NCBI GenBank assembly: GCA_963975045.1
Contig: CAXBGJ010000001.1
Span: forward strand, 12,220-76,219
Reading direction: 5' to 3'
DNA length: 64,000 nucleotides
DNA from: an uncultured Marinomonas sp.
GTDB lineage: Bacteria; Pseudomonadota; Gammaproteobacteria; Pseudomonadales; Marinomonadaceae
A program made the translations under genes and the position numbers. Of this stretch, positions 45,201 to 49,736 are shown piece by piece. The number at the start of each line of letters is the position of its first letter. The first letter of the stretch is position 1. Under the pieces are notes generated by a model, which did no database searches, had not been told where the DNA came from, and was given only the letters and a program-made list of their open reading frames with translations.

Positions 45201-48200
45201 TGCAGCCAGTAAACAGTGTTTGACGTCTGCAATAAAATCTTTGCCTGTGACACCATTCAACGTTTTATTAGATGAGTACGGTGAAAATAATACGGTATTA
45301 ACAAAGCACCCTATCAGTGGCTCTAAATCTGCATTAAACCGACCGTCTGTAGGGATTGCTAGCGCAAAGTTTTGTTGCTGGCTATGTCGACTCAATAGCA
45401 ACCAATACACGCCAAGCATTAACGTAAATAGCGTGGTCTTCTGTTCAATGGCTAATTGTTGCATTTGACCAATAAGATTAGCCGGAATATCAAACCGATA
45501 TTCCTCATAATCAGCCGTTATAGGCAGCACAGGTTCTTGTCGTTCGGTCAGTAAATGAAGGTCATGCAAGCCATTCAATTGTTGTTGCCAAAAAATTAAC
45601 TCGGATTTATTTCGTGCTGTTGACACCTGTTGCTGCTGCCAAATAGCAAAGTCACGGTAGTCTAGTTTTAGGTTATCTAAGGGCTCTTTCGTGGTGTTCA
45701 TGTCCTCTATCGCCAATTGATAAAGAGCCGACCATTCCTGAAATAAAATGCCTATTGATGTGCCATCCGCGATCAAGTGATGCAAACATATTACTAACGC
45801 ACAATCTTTAGCTGCGAACGTCAATATTCGCACTTTGAAAAGTGGTGCAGTACTTAAATCAAATAAGTGTTGTGAAAGTGCTATTAAATGCTTTTGAAGC
45901 TCATCATAGCGTTGCGATGGTGCAACATTAGAGCAATCCACTCGTTCAATTAATAACTCGCTGTTTAGTTCATCTAAGGACAAAAACCTTAACTCTGGGC
46001 TACCGGCAACCTCAGTCACTTGAGACAGTAGAATACGCTGGCGCAGCATCAAATCTTTAATGGCATGCTCTAACGCTTCTAGATTCAACTCTCCCTTAAG
46101 GCGAATCGCGCCAGGCATGTTATACGCAGTGCTTTCAGGCTCCATTTTATTTAACACCCAGAGTCTCTGCTGGGATGAAGACAATGGGCAGATAACATCC
46201 TTTTGTGCCGCCGAAATAGCGATGCTTGGTTTTATCGAATTAGGGTCACTTACTTGAGTTTGCAATACTACCGCTAGGTCACTCAATACTGGATGATCAA
46301 AAACCTGCGCCAAAGAAATTTCTAAAAACAAAAATCTTCGTACTCGAGACACCAACTTAGCAGCTAATAAACTATGACCGCCCAGTTGAAAAAAATCGTC
46401 CCCTCGGAAAACTTCCTTTACATTAAGAACCTCACACCACAAGTCACCGAGCATCTCTTCCGTTATACCTTGCGGTTTTACCTTAGTTTTTGCAGTGTCG
46501 CTAACGCTCCAGAATTCAGGCTCACGCAAGGATTTTCGATCTAACTTACCACTGCTGTTTAACGGTAGTTTATCCAAACGATTCCAACTGCTTGGCAGCA
46601 TCGCTGAGCTGACTCGCTCTGCCAACCAGGCATGTAACGCCTGGGCGTCTATAAGGCATTCGCTGTATTGTTTATGTTGATAATAAACCGCTAAACGAGC
46701 GCCAGATTCAGCAGGCCAAACTCGAGCCGCTGCAGCTTCTAACGAAGGATGCTCGGCTAAAATAGCTTCAATCTCTCCCAGTTCGATACGCTGGCCTCGT
46801 ATTTTGACCTGACCATCATTGCGCCCTAAATATTCCAGCGCACCACTGGCTAACCGACGAACTCGGTCTCCTGTACGATAAAGTCTTTCGCCCATCTGCT
46901 TCGAAAAAGGGTTAGGGATAAAGCTTGTTGCGGTTAATCTCGCTTGCCCTAGATAACCATGAGCGAGATTAAATCCCCCCAAATACAACTCACCCTCCAC
47001 ACCTCGTGGAACAAACTGCAAGGCTTCGTTCAAAACAAAGGTTTGAGTATTATCGATGGGAGTGCCAATCGGCACTGTCAATATGTTGCTATCCGCTTGA
47101 TCCGTGATATCCAATTCATGCCAAGTTACATCCACAGCCGCTTCAGTAGGGCCATAAAGATTGTGAACAGGGGCATTTAATAAAGTATTAGCTCGTACGG
47201 CCAACTGCCGCTCAAGGCTTTCTCCAGAACAAAGGATACGAGTTAACGAATAAGCGCCCTCTTGAATTTCTGCTGTTTCCAGAAAACTGCGCAACATCGC
47301 CGGCACAAAATGCACCGTTGTTATGGCTTTTTTACGCAACAAATGCTCTAGATACACCCCGTCTTTATGGCCACCGGGCTCTGCCAATACCAATGTTGCG
47401 CCTTCACGCAAAGGCCAAAATAATTCCCAAATTGACACATCAAAACTAATCGGCGTTTTATGCAGGACTCGTTCGTGACGCTTAAGCTGATAACAGGATT
47501 GCATCCACTGCAAACGGTTGCTAATCGCTAAATGTGAAATCATTACCCCTTTGGGTTTACCAGTTGAACCTGAGGTATATAGAATGTAGGCGGTACTGTT
47601 GGGCCGTAATTCAATACCATTAGAACCTTCCGTATTTTTAGATCCTCGATCTTGCGCCCAAGGCTCTAATACCACACTGGTTTTAGCAGGGCTTAAGCGT
47701 GTTACATGCTTTGCTTGTGCGAGAATGCAGGTCACTCCGCCATCATCTATCAAACCATCGATGCGCTGATCTGGTAAATCAGGGTCTAGTGGTAAGTACA
47801 CCGCCCCGGCCATCAGGGAGGCATAAATGCCCAGCATCATTTCAAACGAGCGCTCAGCAAAAACCCCGACTACATCCCCATGCCCTACACCATTGGTATG
47901 CAGGTAGGCAGCCAGATGTCGGCTACGACATTCAAATTGACCATAGCTCAGCTGATCATCACCATAGATCAGGGCTATATCATCAGGAAACGTTTTCGCG
48001 TGACGAACAAAACCATCAAGTAAGTCAGTCGATGAAATCGACTCTACTGCGCCCGAGGAACTCTCCATTTCGGCTTGATAAGCCATTGAATTTAAAAAAT
48101 TAAAATCGATTAACTTAGTGTTAGGAAATAAAACACTCTGCTCAAGCAAGAGTACTAATTGCTCAGACCAAGATTGGATAGTGGTCACGTCAAATAAATC

Positions 48201-49736
48201 GGTATTGTACTTAAAAGCCAATATCAAACCTTTCGGACCCGTTACCGCTTCCAGCATTAGATCCAACACCCCTTCCTGTTGAGGCAAGGCTATGGGGGTG
48301 ATAGTTAGGCTTCCAAATGGAATCTCAGTTTTAACCGGCTGATAAATAAAATCGTCTGGCTGATTATAGTCTTTATCAATACGCAACATATGTTCAGCAA
48401 AATCGCTCACTTGGGCAAGACTTTGCAATACAAATGCGACTTGAAATACCGGCGAGTATTGTGGATCACGCTGGCAGTCTAATGCGTCAAATAACTGTGA
48501 AAAAGGCAACTCTTGATAATCGAGCGCTTCAAGAATATTTTGGCTTGTTTGGGCCACTAAATACTGGAACGTCATTGATGCATCAAGTTGTGCAACAATT
48601 GGCATTGGGTTAACAAAAAAACCAACTGAATGCTCGTATTTTTTTGATATTCGGCCCGACAGTGGGGCACCCACAACAAAATCATTCTGGCCACTAACGC
48701 GGAACAATAAGGTCTGATAAGCCGCCATCAATACACTGTACAAGGAAACATTTTGCTGTTTTGCAAACCCCATCAATTGATCACTCAACTGACTCGTAAT
48801 ACAAACCGTGTAGCTATCACCGTTAAACGTTTGTCGTAACGGTCTTTCAGCATCACAAGGTAGTGACAAATAAGGTGGTATATTGGCTAATTTTTCCTTC
48901 CAATAATCTATTTGAGAGCTACATTTTTGCGTTGATAAAAAGTGCTTCTGCTGACTAATATACTCTGAATAAAGGCCTATTTCTGGAGCAATGCTTGCAA
49001 CTTTCCCTGTTGTTTTCTGTTGGTAAATTTGGCGAATTTCATCAATCAGCTGCCATAACGACCACCCATCTACAGCAATATGAGGAGCAACGATAACTAG
49101 ACTGGTTTCATCCGCATTACGGCCAGTCCACAGTACAGCTCGTATAATCGGCCCCGTTGACAAATTAATTGGCATTACATATTCCGCAAGTAACGCCTGC
49201 CGCTGCTGTTGTTCACTCCAACCGACAGCACTGACAACCTTTAACGGATCTTTTATGGCCTCACTCGGTGTTGTAATTTGCACAACATCCGCAGCATGTT
49301 CATTTGTATGATTCTGTTCAGCGACGACGTAATGAGTTCTAAGTATAGGATGAGCATTAATGAGCTGCGTAATCGCTACAGCCATAGCTGGCTCATCAAT
49401 CTTTGCATGAATGGTTGCAGCAAAACCCACATTAAACGCAAAACCCGTTTTATCCAGTCGGCTTAGATACCACATGGACTCTTGACCTAAAGATAACTCA
49501 AACGGCTGATCATCGTTAATAGCAGGAGCAGGAGAAGATGAGGAAGGAAAAAGGAGTAAATAATTAATGAGTTCAGGTTTTCGGCTTCGTAACGCGAGAA
49601 CCAAATCATCATCTAATACACCTTTTGGTGCATCAATTAACAATTTATCGTCCTTAACATTAAGCACAACTTTACGTTCTTTCAGATACGCTAGAAATTC
49701 CGTTATGGTCATTTCAATGGGTGAATTTGAGCTCAT
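27288..49736 (-). CDS. NRPS, modules 1-6: betaHD-C-A(Ser)-T-C-A*(vestigial)-T-C-A(Ser)-T-C-A(aromatic?)-T-E-C-A(Ser)-T-C-A(?)-T-E
   Basis: 7482 aa uninterrupted. Five A domains have YTSGSTG; codes are DVWHLSLVDK, DVWHISLIDK, DAAAVVAVCK, DVWHISLVDK and DVYYLGGVCK. There are six T domains (4 GGHS, plus 2 GGDS before E domains). E motifs are HHLVIDAVSW and HHLIVDALSW. Confidence 0.95.
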   Translation of the reverse strand: MSSNSPIEMTITEFLAYLKERKVVLNVKDDKLLIDAPKGVLDDDLVLALRSRKPELINYLLLFPSSSSPAPAINDDQPFELSLGQESMWYLSRLDKTGFAFNVGFAATIHAKIDEPAMAVAITQLINAHPILRTHYVVAEQNHTNEHAADVVQITTPSEAIKDPLKVVSAVGWSEQQQRQALLAEYVMPINLSTGPIIRAVLWTGRNADETSLVIVAPHIAVDGWSLWQLIDEIRQIYQQKTTGKVASIAPEIGLYSEYISQQKHFLSTQKCSSQIDYWKEKLANIPPYLSLPCDAERPLRQTFNGDSYTVCITSQLSDQLMGFAKQQNVSLYSVLMAAYQTLLFRVSGQNDFVVGAPLSGRISKKYEHSVGFFVNPMPIVAQLDASMTFQYLVAQTSQNILEALDYQELPFSQLFDALDCQRDPQYSPVFQVAFVLQSLAQVSDFAEHMLRIDKDYNQPDDFIYQPVKTEIPFGSLTITPIALPQQEGVLDLMLEAVTGPKGLILAFKYNTDLFDVTTIQSWSEQLVLLLEQSVLFPNTKLIDFNFLNSMAYQAEMESSSGAVESISSTDLLDGFVRHAKTFPDDIALIYGDDQLSYGQFECRSRHLAAYLHTNGVGHGDVVGVFAERSFEMMLGIYASLMAGAVYLPLDPDLPDQRIDGLIDDGGVTCILAQAKHVTRLSPAKTSVVLEPWAQDRGSKNTEGSNGIELRPNSTAYILYTSGSTGKPKGVMISHLAISNRLQWMQSCYQLKRHERVLHKTPISFDVSIWELFWPLREGATLVLAEPGGHKDGVYLEHLLRKKAITTVHFVPAMLRSFLETAEIQEGAYSLTRILCSGESLERQLAVRANTLLNAPVHNLYGPTEAAVDVTWHELDITDQADSNILTVPIGTPIDNTQTFVLNEALQFVPRGVEGELYLGGFNLAHGYLGQARLTATSFIPNPFSKQMGERLYRTGDRVRRLASGALEYLGRNDGQVKIRGQRIELGEIEAILAEHPSLEAAAARVWPAESGARLAVYYQHKQYSECLIDAQALHAWLAERVSSAMLPSSWNRLDKLPLNSSGKLDRKSLREPEFWSVSDTAKTKVKPQGITEEMLGDLWCEVLNVKEVFRGDDFFQLGGHSLLAAKLVSRVRRFLFLEISLAQVFDHPVLSDLAVVLQTQVSDPNSIKPSIAISAAQKDVICPLSSSQQRLWVLNKMEPESTAYNMPGAIRLKGELNLEALEHAIKDLMLRQRILLSQVTEVAGSPELRFLSLDELNSELLIERVDCSNVAPSQRYDELQKHLIALSQHLFDLSTAPLFKVRILTFAAKDCALVICLHHLIADGTSIGILFQEWSALYQLAIEDMNTTKEPLDNLKLDYRDFAIWQQQQVSTARNKSELIFWQQQLNGLHDLHLLTERQEPVLPITADYEEYRFDIPANLIGQMQQLAIEQKTTLFTLMLGVYWLLLSRHSQQQNFALAIPTDGRFNADLEPLIGCFVNTVLFSPYSSNKTLNGVTGKDFIADVKHCLLAALEHQNLPFDVLVSNLQATRINGMNPLAQALFTFQETLQAEPLFGVPQADFFNHYASGKTFEISLNIEPKNQSFGWSACFEFQPSKFSHERLITFSKDYLLLLQQLVSSNECAIAQYELTSIVKDYCRPVNRYAQLQLPASSLQPSLQTDVLICADTRLNRTQLEHYVAVLCAELKRQSIGAGDVVGSCVSPLLSTIIMLAVDRCDACWAPLKTIDDHEQISPSLLITSQRFLGDPNLGLADQLLSSKSAVWIFQSEGLDADLHIVHKQDVLHFENDNVSDACFYDFAHQCFYTKCERHLLVKALSGNDFGLSIHSVLPMQNVMDYAIKYRSLTEGSCLVLSDNTNITLDLQRLGATSLCLSASQFANLQLEQPEQLASLINIYVIGDLVNGLQASKVAFNHKLNIHNVVCSPNGGRPLSSRIWRADKSILIDGNDVGQPIFEDTWWLKGECSDLVSIGVEAQLMVEHESSSTHKATGLLVSYWGEGCYQYLGTTDQPNWYDGHYLDLTILQEYLYGQIDVQQVYLPSPSKEALPWTCYVTSRTLVQQDEIKLLGAMQACFTSHMLPNRIAILGNMPVTQDGRIDISRLPIFEQHSPFLTDPDRQKSQAEVALTAIWRTVLQHDSFSIDDNFFSVGGHSLSGAQLVALINRAFGLSMPLQEIFKHPTIATLLTFLDQATLEETNCPHDAKPIVSELNKNVALMPLLAVKRQQQFILSPAQYDIWVQCQKLTTDNASAYHIPALFMVEGELDHIKLHTSVRLLLEKYDILRTAIIDTIDGPVQLIQERVEFDIIVDNGIGWSAEKQKHVIQKAVDQPFNLNSAPLVRVHRYELGSQQNLLLFVFHHLAFDGHSLRYFLDELSAVYHSSSMVPATLQYQDYVYWIDKKMQAPESQLSRDFWHQQLSVIEPLQYASERPRLNDVSNQAEWFSVDFDAALFSSLERMAKEQNVSVFMLYLSALYATFYRLTGQHKIVLGAVVSTRTDPALRDMMGLFLNNIALPVTLDESKSFPQNLQNIASILMGALSHANYPLGRLVSELQPQTPAGHMPFFDVLVDWQDDVLSDSSWSLEGTKVHPHRLLSSQCKYDLTLYFRRIRCSDNQSSIRLDVEYRSQLYDASEISDFCQRYIHLLGDIVQSAVTPLARLAVLSKEEQQRELIVSQGPQKQVTSCWLLDRFIVLAKRYPDRLALVSETDSLSYQQLWQRSQNLASHLQSQGITHGDVVAVFSERSLEMMVGIYAVLQAGATYLPLDPDLPDQRLHDLIIDADVCITLVQRQHAKRMAVENRKVILDDWQAERTPCVIPVFQAIEMLPQSSAYLLYTSGSTGKPKGVLVSHAAIVNRLEWMQTRYQLDCSDRVLHKTPISFDVSIWELFWPLRAGAVLVLAEPGGHRDSVYLERLIREKAITTLHFVPAMLHSFLSTAPLQSSNVYLLKRIICSGENLESSLAKTANDAFNVPVDNLYGPTEAAIDVTWYEFDERNHALSNTRFSVPIGVPIDNTQTYVLNEALELMPQGVVGELYLGGANLAHGYVGQSALTAASFIPSPFNMTQAGSRLYRTGDRVRRLESGALEYVGRMDGQVKIRGQRIELGEIEAVLTEYPAIDSVAAKIWPSDLGSKLAVYYRINQGVDIAVETLERWMSQRVSAAMLPSAWCEMETLPLSDSGKVNRKALIEPAVWNTSQVARSKRTAEGLTEQLLSQIWADVLERNDIYRDDNFFDLGGHSLVAAKMIARVRAQFSVEIALSQVFSTPVLFDFADIIRREKIWSTDLAEDLNFDQSSAPQRATSKLLKRAFLADSAPVFYPLTPTQKRFWTLHNVSTAGNAHHIFGAVRLRGILDEQALLIALQVLTDRHDSLRTRFTEAVGDVVDEPIFAEVIPSYQAELDIVSLDNASAPFVDAWLKLQINDEFDLVLAPPVRFKLAKLSTDESILLVCLHHILADGWSASILMQEWAHLYAQISRHDNAEANNVLPLDPTTVFSKSPHAYADFADWYQGNLNVFIEQQLPFWQERLTAVDALQLPVLSPDNVNTGQQSSNVHEAIQHRFHIDKSLFAKIQTQASQCQATPQMVMLSALFILLYKQSSSTEKNLSAAKKMVIGSVVAGRDKLEFEDTVGAFVNTLAMVANVHHKMDFREVIQQVKAFCLLAYQHQDIAFESILDHFPSVRDGRHPIFQVMMVWQSMPAVDWRFAGLQSEEIDLSATQTAFDQTWLFTPTMNGLDGILTVRTDMVGINYIEALSAQLVQMLGNLLEAPKACIANVSLLSYAEYQKILSFNASLVSLNPITPLESEHVSVIDTVCAMALETPNEWAIVSDELCLTYAELLHKVDLFSEGLITLAQGSHSSENELVIGVYCDKSIDGVAIILAILASGFVFLPLDPAYPATRLEYILKDAQPSIIIADDALLDSIPTDDIPCIALSRLRQPSGSAGLISKQSGGGSSRIIDLEQLAYIIYTSGSTGRPKGTLLTHRGLNNLVKSQREPFGLTPNKRLLQFASWNFDAAIAEIFACLANGSTLVLPNKEARLPGDELVAQLNTHQVTTIALPPTVLNTLNPIDLPWLKIVVSVGEACSKATVQRWLSQNRQFVNAYGPTECTVCSTIHTVDTRADLEPITPIGRSIAQVQVYVLDANKQVLPVGMVGELYIGGIGLARGYLGHVRLTAERFVPDHLSSQAGARLYRTGDLARYLLNGELEFIGRDDEQVKIRGFRVELNEIASVLQQHPSLRDATVELREENNIKQLVGYVVAEQNETKIDSQVLIEWLIKWLPDYMVPHRYITLEAMPLTPNGKVDSQRLPTLVSASLVTDKTEIRVASTANERLLTEIWGRFFSLNSVDIDQNFFALGGDSIVAIQVIASLKQQGFVLNSQQIFNYPTIAELAPLIKHLNNQTFAPLIDQHSLPLSPMQRWYLDSLQGSSALDESINAPSPYFTQSVLLKTPVNASSAQILTALRTVIEGSAQFGLRFKQTMSDGGQNHWQQSLVEQRSLYWLEVADMQTSVADIADVLRARIDIKKGPLFAAAWINGSQGASRLLLVAHHLVIDAVSWRLFIQRLSNNMIMSNTATEDDLFIRWLSDLTGRAAAISENEARYWADIESTFSQGFIMVDPFASNTVLDERCETVYVCEDVTQAILSSANVSYNTRPEELLLASWWLTCQRYVDNANLCLKIEIEKHGRSNDVGDALGWFTSLYPLLLSVSESPFIDPVAHAIYVSKEASRAVPKQGMGYGLLKYMRPDALSIEQKTLQEHQDSRALSMVFNYLGQAGEATDSDHDFAFLDEYLGKERDLNAERFSDLELTSVVHRGRLRLSLTFSAAQIQPSIIATLLSEWQKALTDVVNHTGQTVYTPTPSDFEHVDLSTKRLADILTRYSNVQTIYPVNSLQEGMLVAIQRDNTNRQSFEQISCEFVGDFDARVFGRALTALFESQPILRSSFDCHGVSAMQVVHKNVEVDVTQMDWRNKKGDSQHALNAFVVQQRAIGFSLEQELLHRFFLIRLDDQRTYFLWCQDHRQLDGWSLPILLKQLFVFYNQANTGKPIQQLNSKKAEQSYSGYLTWLNQRDLASTDAFWRDQLTALDLDTSLPLIGNKSVDALWDQRSFDSNKVTLQLGGEESHLIRTFCRQRGITIATLVQGAWALLLDRFGDTTNTRGEKLFGVTLSGRDNGVDNIDSVVGMLINTLPLRVATHTQHTISEWLGDIQSRVNAIQSYSYSNLADIQSIYQSLNNQTSNRNSGLLKSAVVVENYPVDSSLNRSLTGFSIEKVNAYEETHFPLTLLVHPSEQLALQLMFDGHIYSKKQAQTLLEGYKHILLSLSRESNASIPLQSLVSCLSEEQQSIELRLSSGSETVVESLSLLDRFVAHTQRYPNHVALIQGQQQLSYAQLDDRSKKLAAHLQIKGVLAGDVVAVCAARSLDMMLAIYAVLQAGAVYLPLDVDLPDKRLNELVIDSHAVMILAQAPQVSRLISGVECVLIEAWQTSNRSQPTAPLQPVALMDQSVAYILYTSGSTGKPKGVMVSHGAIVNRLEWMQSYYGLTHGERVLHKTPISFDVSIWELFWPLREGATLVLADPGSHKDGVYLERLIREMAITTVHFVPAMLRGFLEYVPLQDRQYVLSRIICSGESLERSLAEHASRALGAPVYNLYGPTEAAVDVTWHKHISPIQALDDEDDTGLSVPIGVPISNTQIYVLNASLELVPSGAIGELYIGGMNLAQGYLGQSALTATSFIPSPFSTTSGARMYRTGDRVRRLPCGALEYLGRNDSQVKIRGQRIELGEVEGVASRYPGLEAVAAKVWSVGADTYLSLYFQSKQGVSININEAKRWMRERVSDALVPSVWQALDALPLSTSGKVDYKALIEPDLHHQVSQDREKTPASGEVEKALAGIWLSVLNCKEVYREDNFFELGGHSLSAAKLVAKIRDHFNVEIPLAHIFDSNSLAQLATQLEGVTARAVAVKSPQANDNTTLIPLPLSTAQTRLWIMQKIQPLSSALNVVAAFEINDAVDVERLQAAVRALLKQHRVLSSHIVSNELDQTAMQQLLPIPVRPIEIVDLSHSDSNAVDALQAKIVDQPFSLSAEPLYRFCLVTIDETSWRFIIVVHHILADGWSVDLLFQNLMENYQSNLDFEQVVENKPDYLTLIQQNQFSENEVEQGAARTYWCEKLDGYQPLMLSQAPQSANISDEVEQLKFDIPVHLVEKMSLLCKDNQASLFMGLTASLNVLLARLSRQDDLVIGFPVAGRTHTAMHQVVGCFVNSLVMRTQIAPQASFMHVLQQVRTNTLEALEHQALPFEQLVELLNVPRNQNRHPIFQLMVDLQTVDDSTIDNASLSVKPVELLRENSVYDVSFAMRVHNLEDKQTVAGTLSYRTDLFSAAQVTVWIDLWFTMLEQMCEQPNQCLSAPQWLPSDQYSLIQQLAYGDKTQPHTGTLHGGFVEQALKYPDSIAVHHLGEQISYEQLNHWSDQIAYRILADLPDSSEVVIGICAHAGIDMIAAMLGIMKAGGAYLPLDPAFPSSRIESLLKDAGVDLVLTDAAQGEKSFGADVTVQSIAVLRKLSMNRVVLPVVQAANLAYVLYTSGSTGKPKGVACQHSSVINLLADIDQRTALAVGERASMWTAFTFDVSVYEIFRPLLSGATLYPVPENIRVDTDSLLDWYLDNGIHSGYLPGFILSELAQYSEGSVEPMTLTSLLVGVEPIDQQVLSQLQCHIKGLNIINGYGPTESTVCASLHQFDSMLSGQGITPIGKPVNNVSIWLVDNNFQLVPYGSIGEVVIGGKGLARGYFGQPAMTAEQFVPLPWSNDLGAVGYRSGDLARWNAQGQLEFIGRGDFQIKLRGLRIEPNEIVQALNQHAGIENSLVMAQTDSEQYTQLVAYFTQKQGAHSAELERESLQAFLATRLPSYYIPNAFVELSEFPLTRSGKIDRNALPIAAVAQEKATTWVEASNPTEGLLMQIWQALLDVESLSTHDNFFQLGGDSILVFRLVAALRKEGVICQASQIFQHQTIASLAFHIDQQNFNGEASQEEAPEPQIAPVSPIQKWFFEQHFSEPGQWNQGLVLRLTQALPSQTIHSALLCLQRQYAALRTYFVEQEDGWQQCVHGLDEPTKAIHLAHFNFAFSSTSSEGKAAMLRVCEQLNTPFQLSQGPLFRVALVEWHDVESNSDIEPHKQLIFIAHHLIVDALSWLVIGDQLESLCAAKHTELPSRPSRMANNLDWAERLQKHALLLSHKNSSEAKNLPSELPLDYDVDNIDQENLVGSEVVLHTILALELDVTNEYAILVAALGQVISSWSEQLDTVICVESHGRSSMFPEVDLSTSIGWFTTLNSVTVNSELLALEQIQDVDQQLVTLLDSGVINSVRNAYHAQEPIKNALVSLNYFGSVDAQTNKEASTRLFQAEAITPSHLQHEKNHRPFLLELSIARKSKNLEITWVYSRNMHHESTIKALSDDYISNIKRLSESVLSNVTDQSSTLGLSIDQFDDLLDELSLFDE
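43190..44800 (-). other. Degenerate adenylation domain followed by an intact T domain (module 2), inside the large NRPS
   Basis: About 455 aa occupy the A position but lack the YTSGSTG P-loop, FD, YGPTE and TGD-R motifs. Only traces remain (IGAGDVVG; MPVTQDGRIDISRLP for LPLTxNGKIDRxxLP, with Lys replaced by Arg). The following T is FFSVGGHSL. Confidence 0.88.
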
